A stretch of 63,994 nt of DNA, filler included, from Octopus bimaculoides (Eukaryota): assembly GCF_001194135.2 (NCBI RefSeq). It is 4 parts of 4 records of this genome, joined end to end, with 100 filler letters (N's around TTAATTAATTAA, not from the genome) between each part and the next. Parts side by side here need not be neighbours in the genome. Positions count along the whole stretch, not along the records: positions 1 to 23,270 come from NC_068996.1; positions 23,371 to 40,888 come from NC_068998.1; 2 more parts are not named here. One strand, given 5' to 3'. This document shows, one piece after another, positions 12,095-24,489 of this stretch. Numbering within the stretch: the stretch's first letter is position 1; every line of letters starts with the position of its first letter. The notes below the pieces were generated by a model. It made no database searches and was not told the DNA's origin. It saw nothing but the letters and a program-made list of their open reading frames with translations. Both the position numbers and the translations under genes were made by a program.

Positions 12095-12663
12095 ACGAAC
12101 AACCGACGAAGCCTCTACACAGACGTCCTTCTGCTAGACACAGCAATCTACAAACTACTGACAGATCTCAATCCTACAGCTAACTTTAATATACGAAGAA
12201 TCATGGATAACGTAATCCTCGATATAAACAGTGTCTGAAAAAAATCAACACAGATTAGATGGTCACGTCTGGAATACTTTAATCATAATGTTACATGATC
12301 AATGCTGAACTATAGTTAAACGACTGAAACAACAACAATTAGCAATTAACATGCGTTCATAAATATCCAAAAAATGAACTATTAGGCAATAACTTGTCAA
12401 CATATACATAATTGAAATACCGTTTTCATATAGTTTACGTTTCTTTTGCACTGTTTTCCGTTTCTTCTCTTTATTTTTTGTACGTTTAAAAGAAATCTAT
12501 TTATATTCATTGGGGAAGAAAAAGTTATTTCGCATAATTAGCTATTCCAAAGTTAAATGTCAAAGAGTCAATGAAATGTCATATTAAATTCTGACCTCTA
12601 AAAGAAACTCCATACTGACCTGAGAACAAAAACACACAGGAACACACACGCACACACACAGGA

Positions 12664-12734
<71 letters not shown>

Positions 12735-13317
12735 NNNNNNNNNNNNNNNNNNNNNNNNNNNNNNNNNNNNNNNNNNNNNNNNNNNNNNNNNNNNNNNNNN
12801 NNNNNNNNNNNNNNNNNNNNNNNNNNNNNNNNNNNNNNNNNNNNNNNNNNNNNNNNNNNNNNNNNNNNNNNNNNNNNNNNNNNNNNNNNNNNNNNNNNNN
12901 NNNNNNNNNNNNNNNNNNNNNNNNNNNNNNNNNNNNNNNNNNNNNNNNNNNNNNNNNNNNNNNNNNNNNNNNNNNNNNNNNNNNNNNNNNNNNNNNNNNN
13001 NNNNNNNNNNNNNNNNNNNNNNNNNNNNNNNNNNNNNNNNNNNNNNNNNNNNNNNNNNNNNNNNNNNNNNNNNNNNNNNNNNNNNNNNNNNNNNNNNNNN
13101 NNNNNNNNNNNNNNNNNNNNNNNNNNNNNNNNNNNNNNNNNNNNNNNNNNNNNNNNNNNNNNNNNNNNNNNNNNNNNNNNNNNNNNNNNNNNNNNNNNNN
13201 NNNNNNNNNNNNNNNNNNNNNNNNNNNNNNNNNNNNNNNNNNNNNNNNNNNNNNNNNNNNNNNNNNNNNNNNNNNNNNNNNNNNNNNNNNNNNNNNNNNN
13301 NNNNNNNNNNNNNNNNN

Positions 13318-13360
<43 letters not shown>

Positions 13361-13369
13361 ACTTTTCCT

Positions 13370-13985
13370 TATATGTCTATGTGTGTGTGTGAGAGAGAGA
13401 TTATGTGTGTAGATAAATACATAAGCATACACAGACATGCTTCCAACGTGTGTACGTATCTGTAGGTTGCAAGCATATTTATTTGAATACACACACACAC
13501 ACACACACATGTATGTATTCGTAAGTGTTTCAATATGTTTAAGTGTTACAACGCATATTTATACTAATTTAATGTACACTTGTTTCTGATGAGACAGACA
13601 TTCAGACAGTCAGAAACGGTCTGCATGTATGCATTTCCATATGTGTGTGTTTGACATAGGAATATATGGAATATGTTGTACACAGATGCACATATACACA
13701 CGCACACTTGCACAAATATATGCATGTGTGCATGTGTCTGCATGCGTATATGTCTGAGTATAAGTTCTTATATATGTGTGCGTATATAATTTACACATGT
13801 GTGTCTTTGTGACTGTATATGTATGCGTGCATGCGTGCGTGTGTCTGTGTCTGTGTGTGTATTTGTCATGCATTTGCGTATAGATATGCAATAACATATA
13901 CGTGTACGTGTCTGCAAACATTTTCATATAGAAATGAAGATATCTGAACAACACGCGTGTGTAGCATACCCTATGAATGTACATC
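13370..13985. repeat. Degenerate (TG/TA/CA) low-complexity field
   Basis: Alternating purine-pyrimidine sequence; similar fields at 20590-21120 and 23371-23620. Confidence 0.9.
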
Positions 13986-14809
13986 CGTCACGACAGTATA
14001 TTTTGGCTAAAATGTCATACCGTGATTGGATATGTATGTCTGTCTAAGAAAACATTGCAACTCTCGAAAAATCCTTTGACCTTTACAAGCTTTGGTTTAT
14101 TATGTTTTTTTTTTATTTATTTATTTGCGTGCACAATGCAATTGAAAGTTTGAAATATTGCATGTTATTCAGCCGCAGCAATACCACGACTCCACTCTCC
14201 CCCCTCTCTCATTCTCCCTTTTCCTTTCTTTCTTTCTTTCTTTCTTTGAGTCTTAAAGAACTCTTATGATATTCTTTATATGTCTTCTGTTAGTTTCCTT
14301 CGAATAACTAGTTAAACACACCCACAGTTATTCCAGTAATATTTACATAACAGGTATTTTTTTTACGCATGTATATTCATTCACACGAACATACGTAGTT
14401 GTTATTGTATCTAAGACTAAATACATCAACCATTTTATTTTATTTTTCTCCATTTATTTTTCTTTCGATTTTCTGACTAAAATCCTAGTAAGTCTACTCA
14501 TTGTATTCAACACAATGCTATACTACATTGTCTTCACTTTGGTTCACTCTTTCTTTTCATTTTAATTTATCATCATCGTTATCATCATTGTCGTCGTCAT
14601 CATCATCATCATCATCATCATCATCGTCGTCATCGTCGTCGTCATCATTTCATTTATGCACAACTGATGGAAAAAAAATTCATAACATCGAGCTACAACA
14701 AGTAACCTTAAACATTTTAGCTACCCCTAATAACACTGCTTTTCTGGAGCTGCACTAAGCTGAGCCTTATACCTTATTATTATTGTTGTTGTTGTTGTTG
14801 TTGTTGTTT

Positions 14810-14930
14810 TCATTTCACTTCCCAGAGCTCTCTATTTTACGTACTCCGGTTAATTCTATATGAGTGGACAGCAACCTATTGTCAGAGGTCTCACAGGGTG
14901 TTTTTCCGCAATACTTAACACCCAAGTACC
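14810..14930 (-). mobile_element. Short 3' end fragment of an R4-like LINE
   Basis: Minus strand gtattgcggaaaaacaccctgtga (end of the RLE ORF), a short UTR, then (AAC)n(AAT)n. Confidence 0.5.
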
Positions 14931-14969
14931 AATCTCAAAACTATTATTATTATTATTATTATTATTATT

Positions 14970-16287
14970 GCTTTGCACAGTTTCTAACGCTAGAGATGTA
15001 CTACAATGTCAGCTGTTCACTACCAGTGAACTAAGGTAACACCTCTTATTTTTCGAGCAGCTTCCGAAGTATTCGGGCGGTTCCAACCAGTGCTGTTTTC
15101 TGCAAGTGCTCCACCCTTATTGCAGGCCATATTTGTTCCATGTACCTCTCGAAATTTTTACTCACTGTTCCCAGGGCTCCGAAAATTATTGATACTACTG
15201 CTACCTTTTTCATCGACCACAACTGCTTAAATTCTCACGCTAACCTGTCATATCTCTCGACTTTCCTTTCTTCCTTATCGCATACCTTGTTGTCAGTTGG
15301 GCATGCTATATCTATGAACCAGCGTAGTTTGTTTTCTTTCTCAATTAAGACTATATCTGGCTTCCTATTCTCTATTTCATGGTCGCACTGAATCATAAAA
15401 TCCCATAGGATCTTTGCATTTTTGTCTTCAACTTTGCCTTAGGGTTTGTAGTCGTACCAATTTTTTGCTCTGTCAAGTCCATACTTGTTGTAAAGCGTCC
15501 CATGGACAAGCCTGGCTATATTGTCATGGCGTCTCTTATATTCCTTCTGGGCTTGTGGCATACATTGGCTGGTAATATGCCACACGGTTTCACCGTTTTG
15601 TCCACAGATTCTGCAGTTATCACTTTCTGATGTGTTGTCTATTCTGTATTTTATGTAGTTTGTTCTTAGTGCTTGCTCTTGGACAGCACAGATTAGAGCC
15701 TCCGTTTCTGGTTTTAAATCACTTTTAGTCATCCACAGTCATCTTTTTCTCTGTGTGTCTTATCTTCAACATCCCTATGAAATTGACCATGCATTCTTTA
15801 CTTTACTCACCTATTTTCAGTTCCATTCGTTTTCAATTTCTTGTATAGTGTTTTATCTTTGCAATCTTCCATCCTACACAAGCCTGACCTTCTTACTTCT
15901 AATAATAGTGGTTCTGTAGCATTTTTTCCATACCATGCTATGTTGTTTTCTTCTACTCTAATGATGTGCTCGCATCCAATCTGTCCTCTTCTCTCCTCTT
16001 TTTCTTGGTACATGCAGTAGTCTCTGTGATTTTTTGGGTGGAATATCCCATAGCTAGTCAACACTTTCCTTATCTTTCTGTCTAATCTGCTTAGTTTGTC
16101 TATTGTCCATGCGATTACCCCCGCTCTATATCTAAGGCGTGAAACTGTCCAGGTGTTGATAGCTTCAATCTTATTCCGTCCATTTAATTTCGACTTAAGG
16201 ATCAGTCTCAGTCTGCGCAAGTACTCCACCTTGAATTTTCCTGTCATTTCTTTCTCCACCAATTTATCCATTTCCAAAATCCCCTTT
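14970..16287 (-). mobile_element. R4/Dong-clade LINE 3' part: RT C-terminus, CCHC knuckle, restriction-like endonuclease, 3'UTR
   Basis: LKSKLNGRNKIEAINTW; ETEALICAVQEQALRTNY; CRICGQNGETVWHITSQC...RRHDNIA; KILWDF...NRKPDIVLIEK...IDIACP; QKTALVGTARILR. (ATT)n lies on both flanks. Confidence 0.95.
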
Positions 16288-16296
16288 TATTATTAT

Positions 16297-16510
16297 TAAG
16301 GCTGTGAGCTGGCAGAACCGTTAACGCGCTGGACGAAATGCTTAGCAATACTTCGCCCGTCGCTACGTTTTGAGTTCAAATTCCGCCGACGTCGACTTTG
16401 CCTTTAATCCTTTCGGGGTCGATAAAATAAGTACCGGTTGAAGATTGAGGTCGATGTAATCGACACATCCCCTCCCCTAACGTTGCTACTCTCGTGGCAA
16501 AATTTGAAAC

Positions 16511-16512
<2 letters not shown>
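16297..16512 (+). mobile_element. SINE family A with long (ATT)n tail (16512-16610)
   Basis: ggctgtgagctggcagaaccg head and gagttcaaattccgccg B-box. Confidence 0.92.
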
Positions 16513-16600
<88 letters not shown>

Positions 16601-16668
16601 CATCATCATTATTATCATCATCATCTTTGTCGTCATTATAAAGGCAGCGAGCAGGTATTTTCTACAGT

Positions 16669-16810
16669 TAAGGCGGTGAGCTGCCAGAATCGTTAGCACG
16701 CCGAACAAAATGCTTAGCGGTATTTCATCTGTCTTTACATTCTGAGTTCAGTCTCTACTGAGGTCGACTTTGCCTTTCATCCCTTCAGGATCGATAAACT
16801 AAGTACCAAT
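16669..16810 (+). mobile_element. SINE family A, 3'-truncated
   Basis: aaggcggtgagctgccagaatcgttagc...tcgataaactaagtacc. Confidence 0.9.
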
Positions 16811-16819
16811 TGAACATAG

Positions 16820-16950
16820 TTTATCGACCCTGAAAGGATGAAAGGTGAAGTCGATCTTGGCCAAAACTGAACTCAGAATGTAAAGACGGATGAAAAGCTG
16901 CTAAACATTTTGTTCGGCGTGCTAACGATTCTGGCAATTCGCCGCCTTTA
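16820..16950 (-). mobile_element. SINE family A, 3'-truncated, tail-to-tail with the previous copy
   Basis: tttatcgaccctgaaagg...aacgattctggcaattcgccgccttta. Confidence 0.9.
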
Positions 16951-19109
16951 CCGTAGGAAATATTGAGAATACTGTTAGTTCGCTCATAATCAAATTTGGT
17001 AATCCGTTTGGCACGCCATCTTCTCTGTATTGAAACCTATTCGTTCCCATCTTGTGATTACACCTCAATGTAATCCTCCCTTTCTTCTCGGGCTTCAACC
17101 ATATTCACGCACGCACACACACACACGCACACACGCGCGAACACATCGTTAGCATCTGTCAGCAGATATATGTTCATCCAACATGTTCGGAGACCGCGTA
17201 AATATCCTTCATTACAACATAATCTCGTCCAACAGTACTGGAACACGGACAGTATGCATTAAAAGTAAAAGTATATTCGCCTACAACATATCACTTCAGT
17301 CGAACACCATTCAGTAGAAAAATCCTTGCAATCTCATATAACTACGAGGTCTGAGATTATGAGACCGACTCCCAGACTAAGTAGAATTATTATTGAAAGT
17401 ATTCAAAAGATGATATTTCCATCATATCTGCTTATCAGGGACTTCATTTTCATATGTGTTCATCTTTATTTAAAATAGTATATGATTTCAGGCAATTTTT
17501 GATTGCTATCTCTAGTATATCGAGAGAATCGCATAGAGTCTGCCTCGTTGCAAGTTATTTATCCAAGTTCTTCCTACAGAAGGAGCTACTACAGTGTTGT
17601 TCGATCTGTTAAAGTTAGCTACAAAAATTCTTTCAAATATAAGTAGCCACTATTTTTCAATATGTTTGATTTCGTGGTTCACTGAAGACCAAGTAAGAAG
17701 TTACTGGTGCACTTCACGTGAAAAGTTTAAGAAAAAACTGTTTTAACGATAAAATTTAGAAACAATATCGAAAATTATTGCTTGTCTTGTTTTCCTAATC
17801 ATATTTGTGTGCAACAAAAAGAGAAACAACAAAGTTTTTCAAGATACTCAGCATAAGAATACATTTTCTGAAGGATTTATTCTTTTATTCATTTATTCTT
17901 TTACTTTTTTTAGTCATCTGACTGCGGCCATGCTAGAGCACCGCCTTGAAGGGTTTTACGGAAAAAATTGGATAAGTACTGTTTTCACTTTGCTAAAGAT
18001 TTTCTACTATTTGAAAATAATATGTATTCTTGTTTTTATACTATTCATTTGGTTCTTTATAGATTATTTTTAATAGATAACTTATTTAACACTAAATTAT
18101 TTAGAAGTTATAGTTTCATTTCAACATAATATTAGAACTTCGATTTGAATAGTGTTGTTATATTTTCGATTATTTTTGATTAATAATATTTGATTAATTA
18201 TTAATCTTTATAGTTTATAATATCGTTAAAGTTTTTTTTTTTTTTTAAATCAAAACTTTGTATATANNNNNNNNNNNNNNNNNNNNNNNNNNNNNNNNNN
18301 NNNNNNNNNNNNNNNNNNNNNNNNNNNNNNNNNNNNNNNNNNNNNNNNNNNNNNNNNNNNNNNNNNNNNNNNNNNNNNNNNNNNNNNNNNNNNNNNNNNN
18401 NNNNNNNNNNNNNNNNNNNNNNNNNNNNNNNNNNNNNNNNNNNNNNNNNNNNNNNNNNNNNNNNNNNNNNNNNNNNNNNNNNNNNNNNNNNNNNNNNNNN
18501 NNNNNNNNNNNNNNNNNNNNNNNNNNNNNNNNNNNNNNNNNNNNNNNNNNNNNNNNNNNNNNNNNNNNNNNNNNNNNNNNNNNNNNNNNNNNNNNNNNNN
18601 NNNNNNNNNNNNNNNNNNNNNNNNNNNNNNNNNNNNNNNNNNNNNNNNNNNNNNNNNNNNNNNNNNNNNNNNNNNNNNNNNNNNNNNNNNNNNNNNNNNN
18701 NNNNNNNNNNNNNNNNNNNNNNNNNNNNNNNNNNNNNNNNNNNNNNNNNNNNNNNNNNNNNNNNNNNNNNNNNNNNNNNNNNNNNNNNNNNNNNNNNNNN
18801 NNNNNNNNNNNNNNNNNNNNNNNNNNNNNTGTAATCTTTTTATTATATTTATCTTATGATATTTACTTTACTTTATATTATACTCATTTATTGTGCTTTT
18901 AATTATTAATTTTTCTATATGTGATAGTGGATTTTCATCGATGAGTTCTTGAAAATTGGTTATTTTCCCTAAAACTATATATTTTATATATACTTTATCT
19001 ATAAGGCTCAATTTAATATTAATTTTTTATAAATTGATTTTAATTGAGTTTTTTACCTGTAATTTTGGATTTTGTCCCTAATATTATTATAAATAAATAT
19101 ATATATATA

Positions 19110-19262
19110 TGACGGGATTCTTTCAGTTTCCGTCTACCAAATCCACTAACAAGGCTTTGGTCGGCCCGAGGCTACAGTAGAAGATACTTGCCCAAGGTGC
19201 CACAAAGTGGACAGAACCCGGAACTATGTGGTTGGGAAGCAAGCTTCTTACCACACAGCCAT
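19110..19262 (-). mobile_element. SINE family B 5' half
   Basis: ctttcagtttccgtctaccaaatccac...cttaccacacagcc. Confidence 0.92.
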
Positions 19263-19759
19263 GTATGCATAATATTCTCAAAAAAAAATCTTCAGTGCAC
19301 ATTGATTCCCCTTGAGGATGCACCATTTTGGATAAATATACTACGCTAGAGAGAGGAAAAGAGAGAGGGGCAGGAGAGGGGGAAAGGGAGAAATTTTACG
19401 TTTGAAGGCTGTTTTAAATATAACGTAAATCTAATAAAGCTGAACTAAAGAAAGTCTTTATTAATAAACGGAAAAATGTAATTATTTTTTTTCTGAAAAT
19501 GTACTTATAAAAGTATGGTATATGAATGTAAACTGACCTTTCAAATGGCTTTTATATTTTATTAAAAATATAATATAATACTCGTCAACAAAATTGTGTA
19601 ATTTTAATGAAAAATTTATATTTCTTCGAGAAGGCCATACTTAAGAGCTTCAAATGTCATAGGTTCCCCACCCTTTAATTGAGCTGAAGTAATTCTAAAT
19701 ATAATATGCCAGAAGAGAAGGTGGAATCGTCGCAACTATAATGCAGTTGAATGATGACA

Positions 19760-20100
19760 ATTCGATGCACATTAACAGTAAAAGAACTGGAGCAATAGAA
19801 ACGCTTCTACCTGCGTGCTGCAAACCTTTTGGATCAAACATGACGTGAGGCTTACACAACAACTAAAATAGGCAAGCAAGCAGAAATTGTCTAGTCAACC
19901 GCCAGAGAACAGTACATTGGGTCCGTCTTAATGCATCTCCTATTATTGATCACTGGCATCAATTAATTGGCGATTGTAGTTACATACCCCGTGTAAGACA
20001 GTTCAAATGAACGATTACACAAATCAGAGTTTAGCAGAAAGGTTACTTGATTGGAAGCTGACTGACGAATCCTGAGTTACAAATATGGTGTATCGCATGC
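19760..20100 (+). mobile_element. Possible very old CR1/L2-like LINE 3' remnant
   Basis: The interrupted frame KELEQ*KRFYLRAANLLDQT*RE loosely resembles the LEXVQRR...YXERL segment; weak. Confidence 0.25.
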
Positions 20101-20260
20101 CATGTCGAAAGACATCAAATACAGTTGAGCGCTGTGTGTGTAGATCATATGGGCCATAATTGAGTTGGGGGCTATAAAACTACAAGAACAACAATAATGA
20201 TAGCAACAATAACCAGTCACACGGTGCTTAATAAATGTGTGACAACAGAGAAATAATGAA

Positions 20261-20490
20261 GCGGCGAGCTGGCAGAAACGTTAGCGTGCCGGGCGAAATG
20301 CTTAGCGGTATTTCGTCTGCCGTTACGTGCTGAGTTCAAATTCCGCCGAGGTCGACTTTGCCTATCATCCTTTCGGGGTCGATAAATGAAGTACCAGTGA
20401 CGCACTGGGGTCGATGTAATCGACTTAATTCCTTTGTCTGTCCTTGTTTGTCCCCTCTATGTTTAGCCCCTTGTGGGCAATAAAAAAATA
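20261..20490 (+). mobile_element. SINE family A, A2 tail subtype
   Basis: Young-looking copy ending gtttagccccttgtgggcaataaaaaaata. Confidence 0.95.
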
Positions 20491-21334
20491 ATGAGCATAT
20501 TTGGACCTAATTCAATCCTTATCGAGATTTGCGCGGACACTTAGGCTGTCGAACCCAATTTAAACTTGAGAAATGTGTGTACTTATGTGTGAGTGTGGGT
20601 AGGGGGTGTCTATACGTATCTATGTAAGTGCTTGCATATGCGTTTATGTATATATTTGTGTATATGTACGTATGTGTCTATGCAGGCACATACATGCTTA
20701 TGTGTGTGTGTGCCAAGAATTGCGTGAGAATATAAAATTGTGCCATTGCTTTGAAATACATCATTTTTGTCACTTGACCTATATATACCAATGTCAAATA
20801 CATACATACATACACAGACGCGCAAACACAACATCTATGCATACGCACACACGCATACACACACACGCATACACACACACATACTCGCACAAATTCATAT
20901 GTGTGTGCACGCGTATGTATCTGAGTGTAAGTACCTATATGTGTGTGTGTTTGTGTGCGTATATAATTTTCATATGCGTGCCTGCGTGTGACGGTATATG
21001 TGTGTGTTTGTGTGTGCAAGTATATATGCATATATGTGTTTGTGTGAATTGTATTCCTATGGTGAGTATGTGTGTGTGTGTGTGTGTGTGCGTGTGCGTG
21101 CATGCGTATGTAGTTGCTGTCCACACAGTTTCTTTCTGTCAGCTTCAAGGGCAATCACACTTGACCGCAAATGTGAACCACCACTTTCTTAATACTTAAT
21201 TATTTTCTCTAAAATAATAAACAAATTTTTGTCTTATTTTGTTTTTGCTTTTTATTGTACTTTTTTTTTTCATCGTTATTAAAAATCTAACTAATTAAAA
21301 AGCTACTTCTACTTCTCAAAAAAATAAGTCTCTC

Positions 21335-21830
21335 TCTTATAGGCGCAAAGCCTGGAATTCGAAGGCGTGGCGCTGAGTCGATACCGTCAACTCCGCTATA
21401 TAACTGGTGCTTTATTTTATCGTGGAGACGCACAACACAGAGGTTAAGGGTGTTGCAATCGTGATCGTAGGTTTGTGGTTTCGATTCCTGGACTGGGCGA
21501 TGCATTGTGTTCTTGAGCAAAACACTTCATTTCACGTTACTCCAGTCTAATCAGACGGTAACAATAAGTAATCCTGCAATAGACCGGCAGCTCGTGCAGG
21601 GGAAGAATATACACACCATGGAATCCGGGGGAATAGGTTTTATGAGCCCATGGCTAGGGAAGGACCTTTGCTCTTTTTCGTTTCTTTTACTTTGTTTTTT
21701 TTTTATCAATCTCGAAAGGATGAATGGTAAAGTTTACTTCAGCGGGAATTGAACTCAGACTGTAAAGAGTCTGAATAAAATTGCGAGGCAATTTTTTTTC
21801 CGGATGCTCTGACGACTCTTCCTCTCCACC
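21335..21830 (-). mobile_element. SINE family A split by a nested SINE
   Basis: The 3' part (21335-21421) and 5' part (21708-21830) rejoin across TTTTATC. Confidence 0.8.
21422..21707 (+). mobile_element. tRNA-derived SINE family C nested in family A, 7-bp TSD TTTTATC
   Basis: gtggagacgc head, gtttcgattcc B-box, gtgttcttgagcaaaacacttcatttcac central box; TSD at 21415-21421 and 21701-21707. Confidence 0.8.
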
Positions 21831-21841
21831 AATTTCTAATA

Positions 21842-21980
21842 ATAATTGTTTCAAATTTCGCACAAGGCCAACAATTTTAGTGGAGTGGAGTTGTCGAATA
21901 TATCGATCTCCTACTTGATAAAATTTTATCAACCTAGAAACAATGAAAGGTAACATTGACCTCACTGAGATTCGATCTGT
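21842..21980 (-). mobile_element. SINE family A fragment (another at 22190-22340)
   Basis: tttcaaatttcgcacaaggcc tail plus core. Confidence 0.75.
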
Positions 21981-21999
21981 GTAAGTAAAGACTTGGAAG

Positions 22000-22190
22000 A
22001 CAATTTTCGTCTGACACTGTAAACGATTTCTGCAAATCCACATTGATGTCTTGCAAAAAGCAGCATTATTGGGCACAGCGCACATCTTAAGGAAAGAATT
22101 ATCTGTCTGAGGTCCTTGTTGTGACTTGACAGATGACTAAAGACTCCGGTGCATTTTTACCTACACTGTGTTGCGAAGGAATAATAATAA
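22000..22190 (+). mobile_element. R4/Dong-like LINE extreme 3' end with (AAT)n tail
   Basis: QKAALLGTAHILRKELSV*, then UTR and aataataataat. Confidence 0.85.
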
Positions 22191-22554
22191 TCCTTTCTAC
22201 TATAAGGTACAAGGAGAATTTAGGGGGAAAGGGATAATTAATTATATTGACCCTAATGCTCAACTGGTACTTATTTTCATCGATCCTGAAAAGAAGAAAG
22301 GTAAAGTCTATCTCGGCGGTATTTGAACGCAGAACGTATTTGAAAATAATTTATTTTGTCAATAACNNNNNNNNNNNNNNNNNNNNNNNNNNNNNNNNNN
22401 NNNNNNNNNNNNNNNNNNNNNNNNNNNNNNNNNNNNNNNNNNNNNNNNNNNNNNNNNNNNNNNNNNNNNNNNNNNNNNNNNNNNNNNNNNNNNNNNNNNN
22501 NNNNNNNNNNNNNNNNNNNNNNNNNNNNNNNNNNNNNNNNNNNNNNNNNNNNNN

Positions 22555-22596
<42 letters not shown>

Positions 22597-23239
22597 TCAT
22601 ATATATATATATATGAAAATTGTCGATGTCATATATATATATATATATATATATCTTATATCTCTTAATTGTTTCAGTCATTAGACTACGACCATGCTGG
22701 GGTGCTATCCTGAAGAAACGCTGCTGGTACTTCACCAGTTCCCGGAAAACTAAAGTTGGTCTCTCTCGAATCCAGAGAGCCAGAACGAATCGCTAAATCA
22801 TTCTATCTGAGGCTATAAACAATTCTGCCAATTCGCAGACTTTTATTCAATTATCATTGAATGCCTACGTACATACATCCAGCTTTTTATCCATAGGTAG
22901 TCGCACAGTTTCATCTATTTAACGATACAAACCCCAATCTAAAAGAATCGGGTCTATAGATTATTCGGAAAATAAATAAATTAGCCATTGTATATGTAAT
23001 TCTGAAACCTCATTAACATTCCAGTCTAGATAATGATTCAACACATAGTTCTTTACACATATTGAGGAATATTACTTTTCCTAGAATTTTTTTTTTCCAT
23101 TTTCTTTCCAAGTTTCTTTAACTTCTTTTTATTTTACGCAAATATTGAAAATAATTTATTTTGTCAATAATTTCTTTTTCACACACACGCACACACATAC
23201 AGAGTGAAAAGAGAGCGAGAGAGAAAGAGAGAAAAACAC

Positions 23240-23270
<31 letters not shown>

Positions 23271-23314
23271 NNNNNNNNNNNNNNNNNNNNNNNNNNNNNN
23301 NNNNNNNNNNNNNN

Positions 23315-23326
23315 TTAATTAATTAA
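23315..23326. other. Artificial six-frame-stop spacer TTAATTAATTAA inside a 100-bp N gap (also 40933-40944 and 62568-62579)
   Basis: Identical palindromic 12-mer centred in three equal-sized gaps. Confidence 0.95.
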
Positions 23327-23370
23327 NNNNNNNNNNNNNNNNNNNNNNNNNNNNNNNNNNNNNNNNNNNN

Positions 23371-23403
<33 letters not shown>

Positions 23404-23420
23404 TAGTACACATGTATATT

Positions 23421-23476
<56 letters not shown>

Positions 23477-23774
23477 TATATATATATAAGTACATATATT
23501 TCTATGTATATGTATATATATGTGTGTGTATATAAGTATCTGTATAAACATATATATATATACATAGGCACATATATTTTGTGCATGTATATAAGTATTT
23601 GTGTGTGTGTGTGTGAGTATTCAGTTGTAAGACAGTTTGTTTGTTTAGTATACTACCCATTTACTCTGCTTTAGTAAAAGTACAAACATCTCAGTTTACA
23701 TATTTTTTTCCTCCCACAAAATCTCAGGTTTCATGTTGCTGTTAAACACTTCTACCTTAGTATATATAATCTTC

Positions 23775-24050
23775 ATCATCATTATCATTTAACGCCCGCT
23801 TCCATGCTGGCTTGGGCTGGATGGTTTGACTGAGTACTGGGAAGCCAGGAGGCTGCACCATGCTCTAATTTGATCTGACCAGGTTTCTACAGCTGGATGC
23901 CCTTCTTAATGCCAACCACTCCAAGAGTGTAGGGGGTGCTTTTAATGTGCCACCGTCACAGGGTCCAGTCAGGCGGCACTAGCATCGACCATGCTCGAAT
24001 GGTGCATTTTACATGCCGCTGGCATGGGTGCCAGTCAGGCAGCAATGTTG
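23775..24050 (-). mobile_element. RTE LINE 3'UTR fragment (family R)
   Basis: catcatcatt...tttaacgcccgcttccatgctggc...ctggatgcccttc; homologous to the RTE 3' end at 63560-63747. Confidence 0.85.
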
Positions 24051-24134
24051 TAGTATTTCTACAATTGAGGGTGGTAAGTTTGCAGAAGTTGTGGTGCACC
24101 TGATGGAATACAAATACATTATTGTATTTTATCT

Positions 24135-24420
24135 TATGCCATTTACTTGGTTCAGTCATTGGACTCTGGCCCTACTGGGGCACCACCTTGATGGGTTTTT
24201 AGTTGAACGAATAGACCCCAGTACTTATTTTTTAAGTGTGGTACTTTTTTCTATCAGTCTCTGATAAAAAGCTTTTACTTTGCTTGATGTGTCTTTTCTC
24301 TGTTGCTGAACTGCTAAGTTCTGAGGACTCAAACAAACCAACACCGGTTATCAAAGTGGACTGGGGCTGGTGGTGGTGGTGGGGACACACAACACATGCA
24401 CACACATGCACACACACACA
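24135..24420 (-). mobile_element. SINE family B 3' half, followed by a short R fragment (24425-24490)
   Basis: tttacttggttcagtcattggact...gctgaactgctaagtt...(CA)n. Confidence 0.8.
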
Positions 24421-24489
24421 TCTATCTCATTATCATCATGTAATGTCTGTTTTCCATATTGGCATGGGTTGGACAGTTTGACAGGAGCT

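Noticed and set aside
13586-13625. CTGATGAG...GAAAC as a hammerhead
   Set aside because: There is an extra base before GAAA and no complementary stem I around the putative cleavage site.
20261-20350. SINE heads as tRNA genes
   Set aside because: A and B boxes are present but there is no complete cloverleaf, and they continue into SINE bodies.
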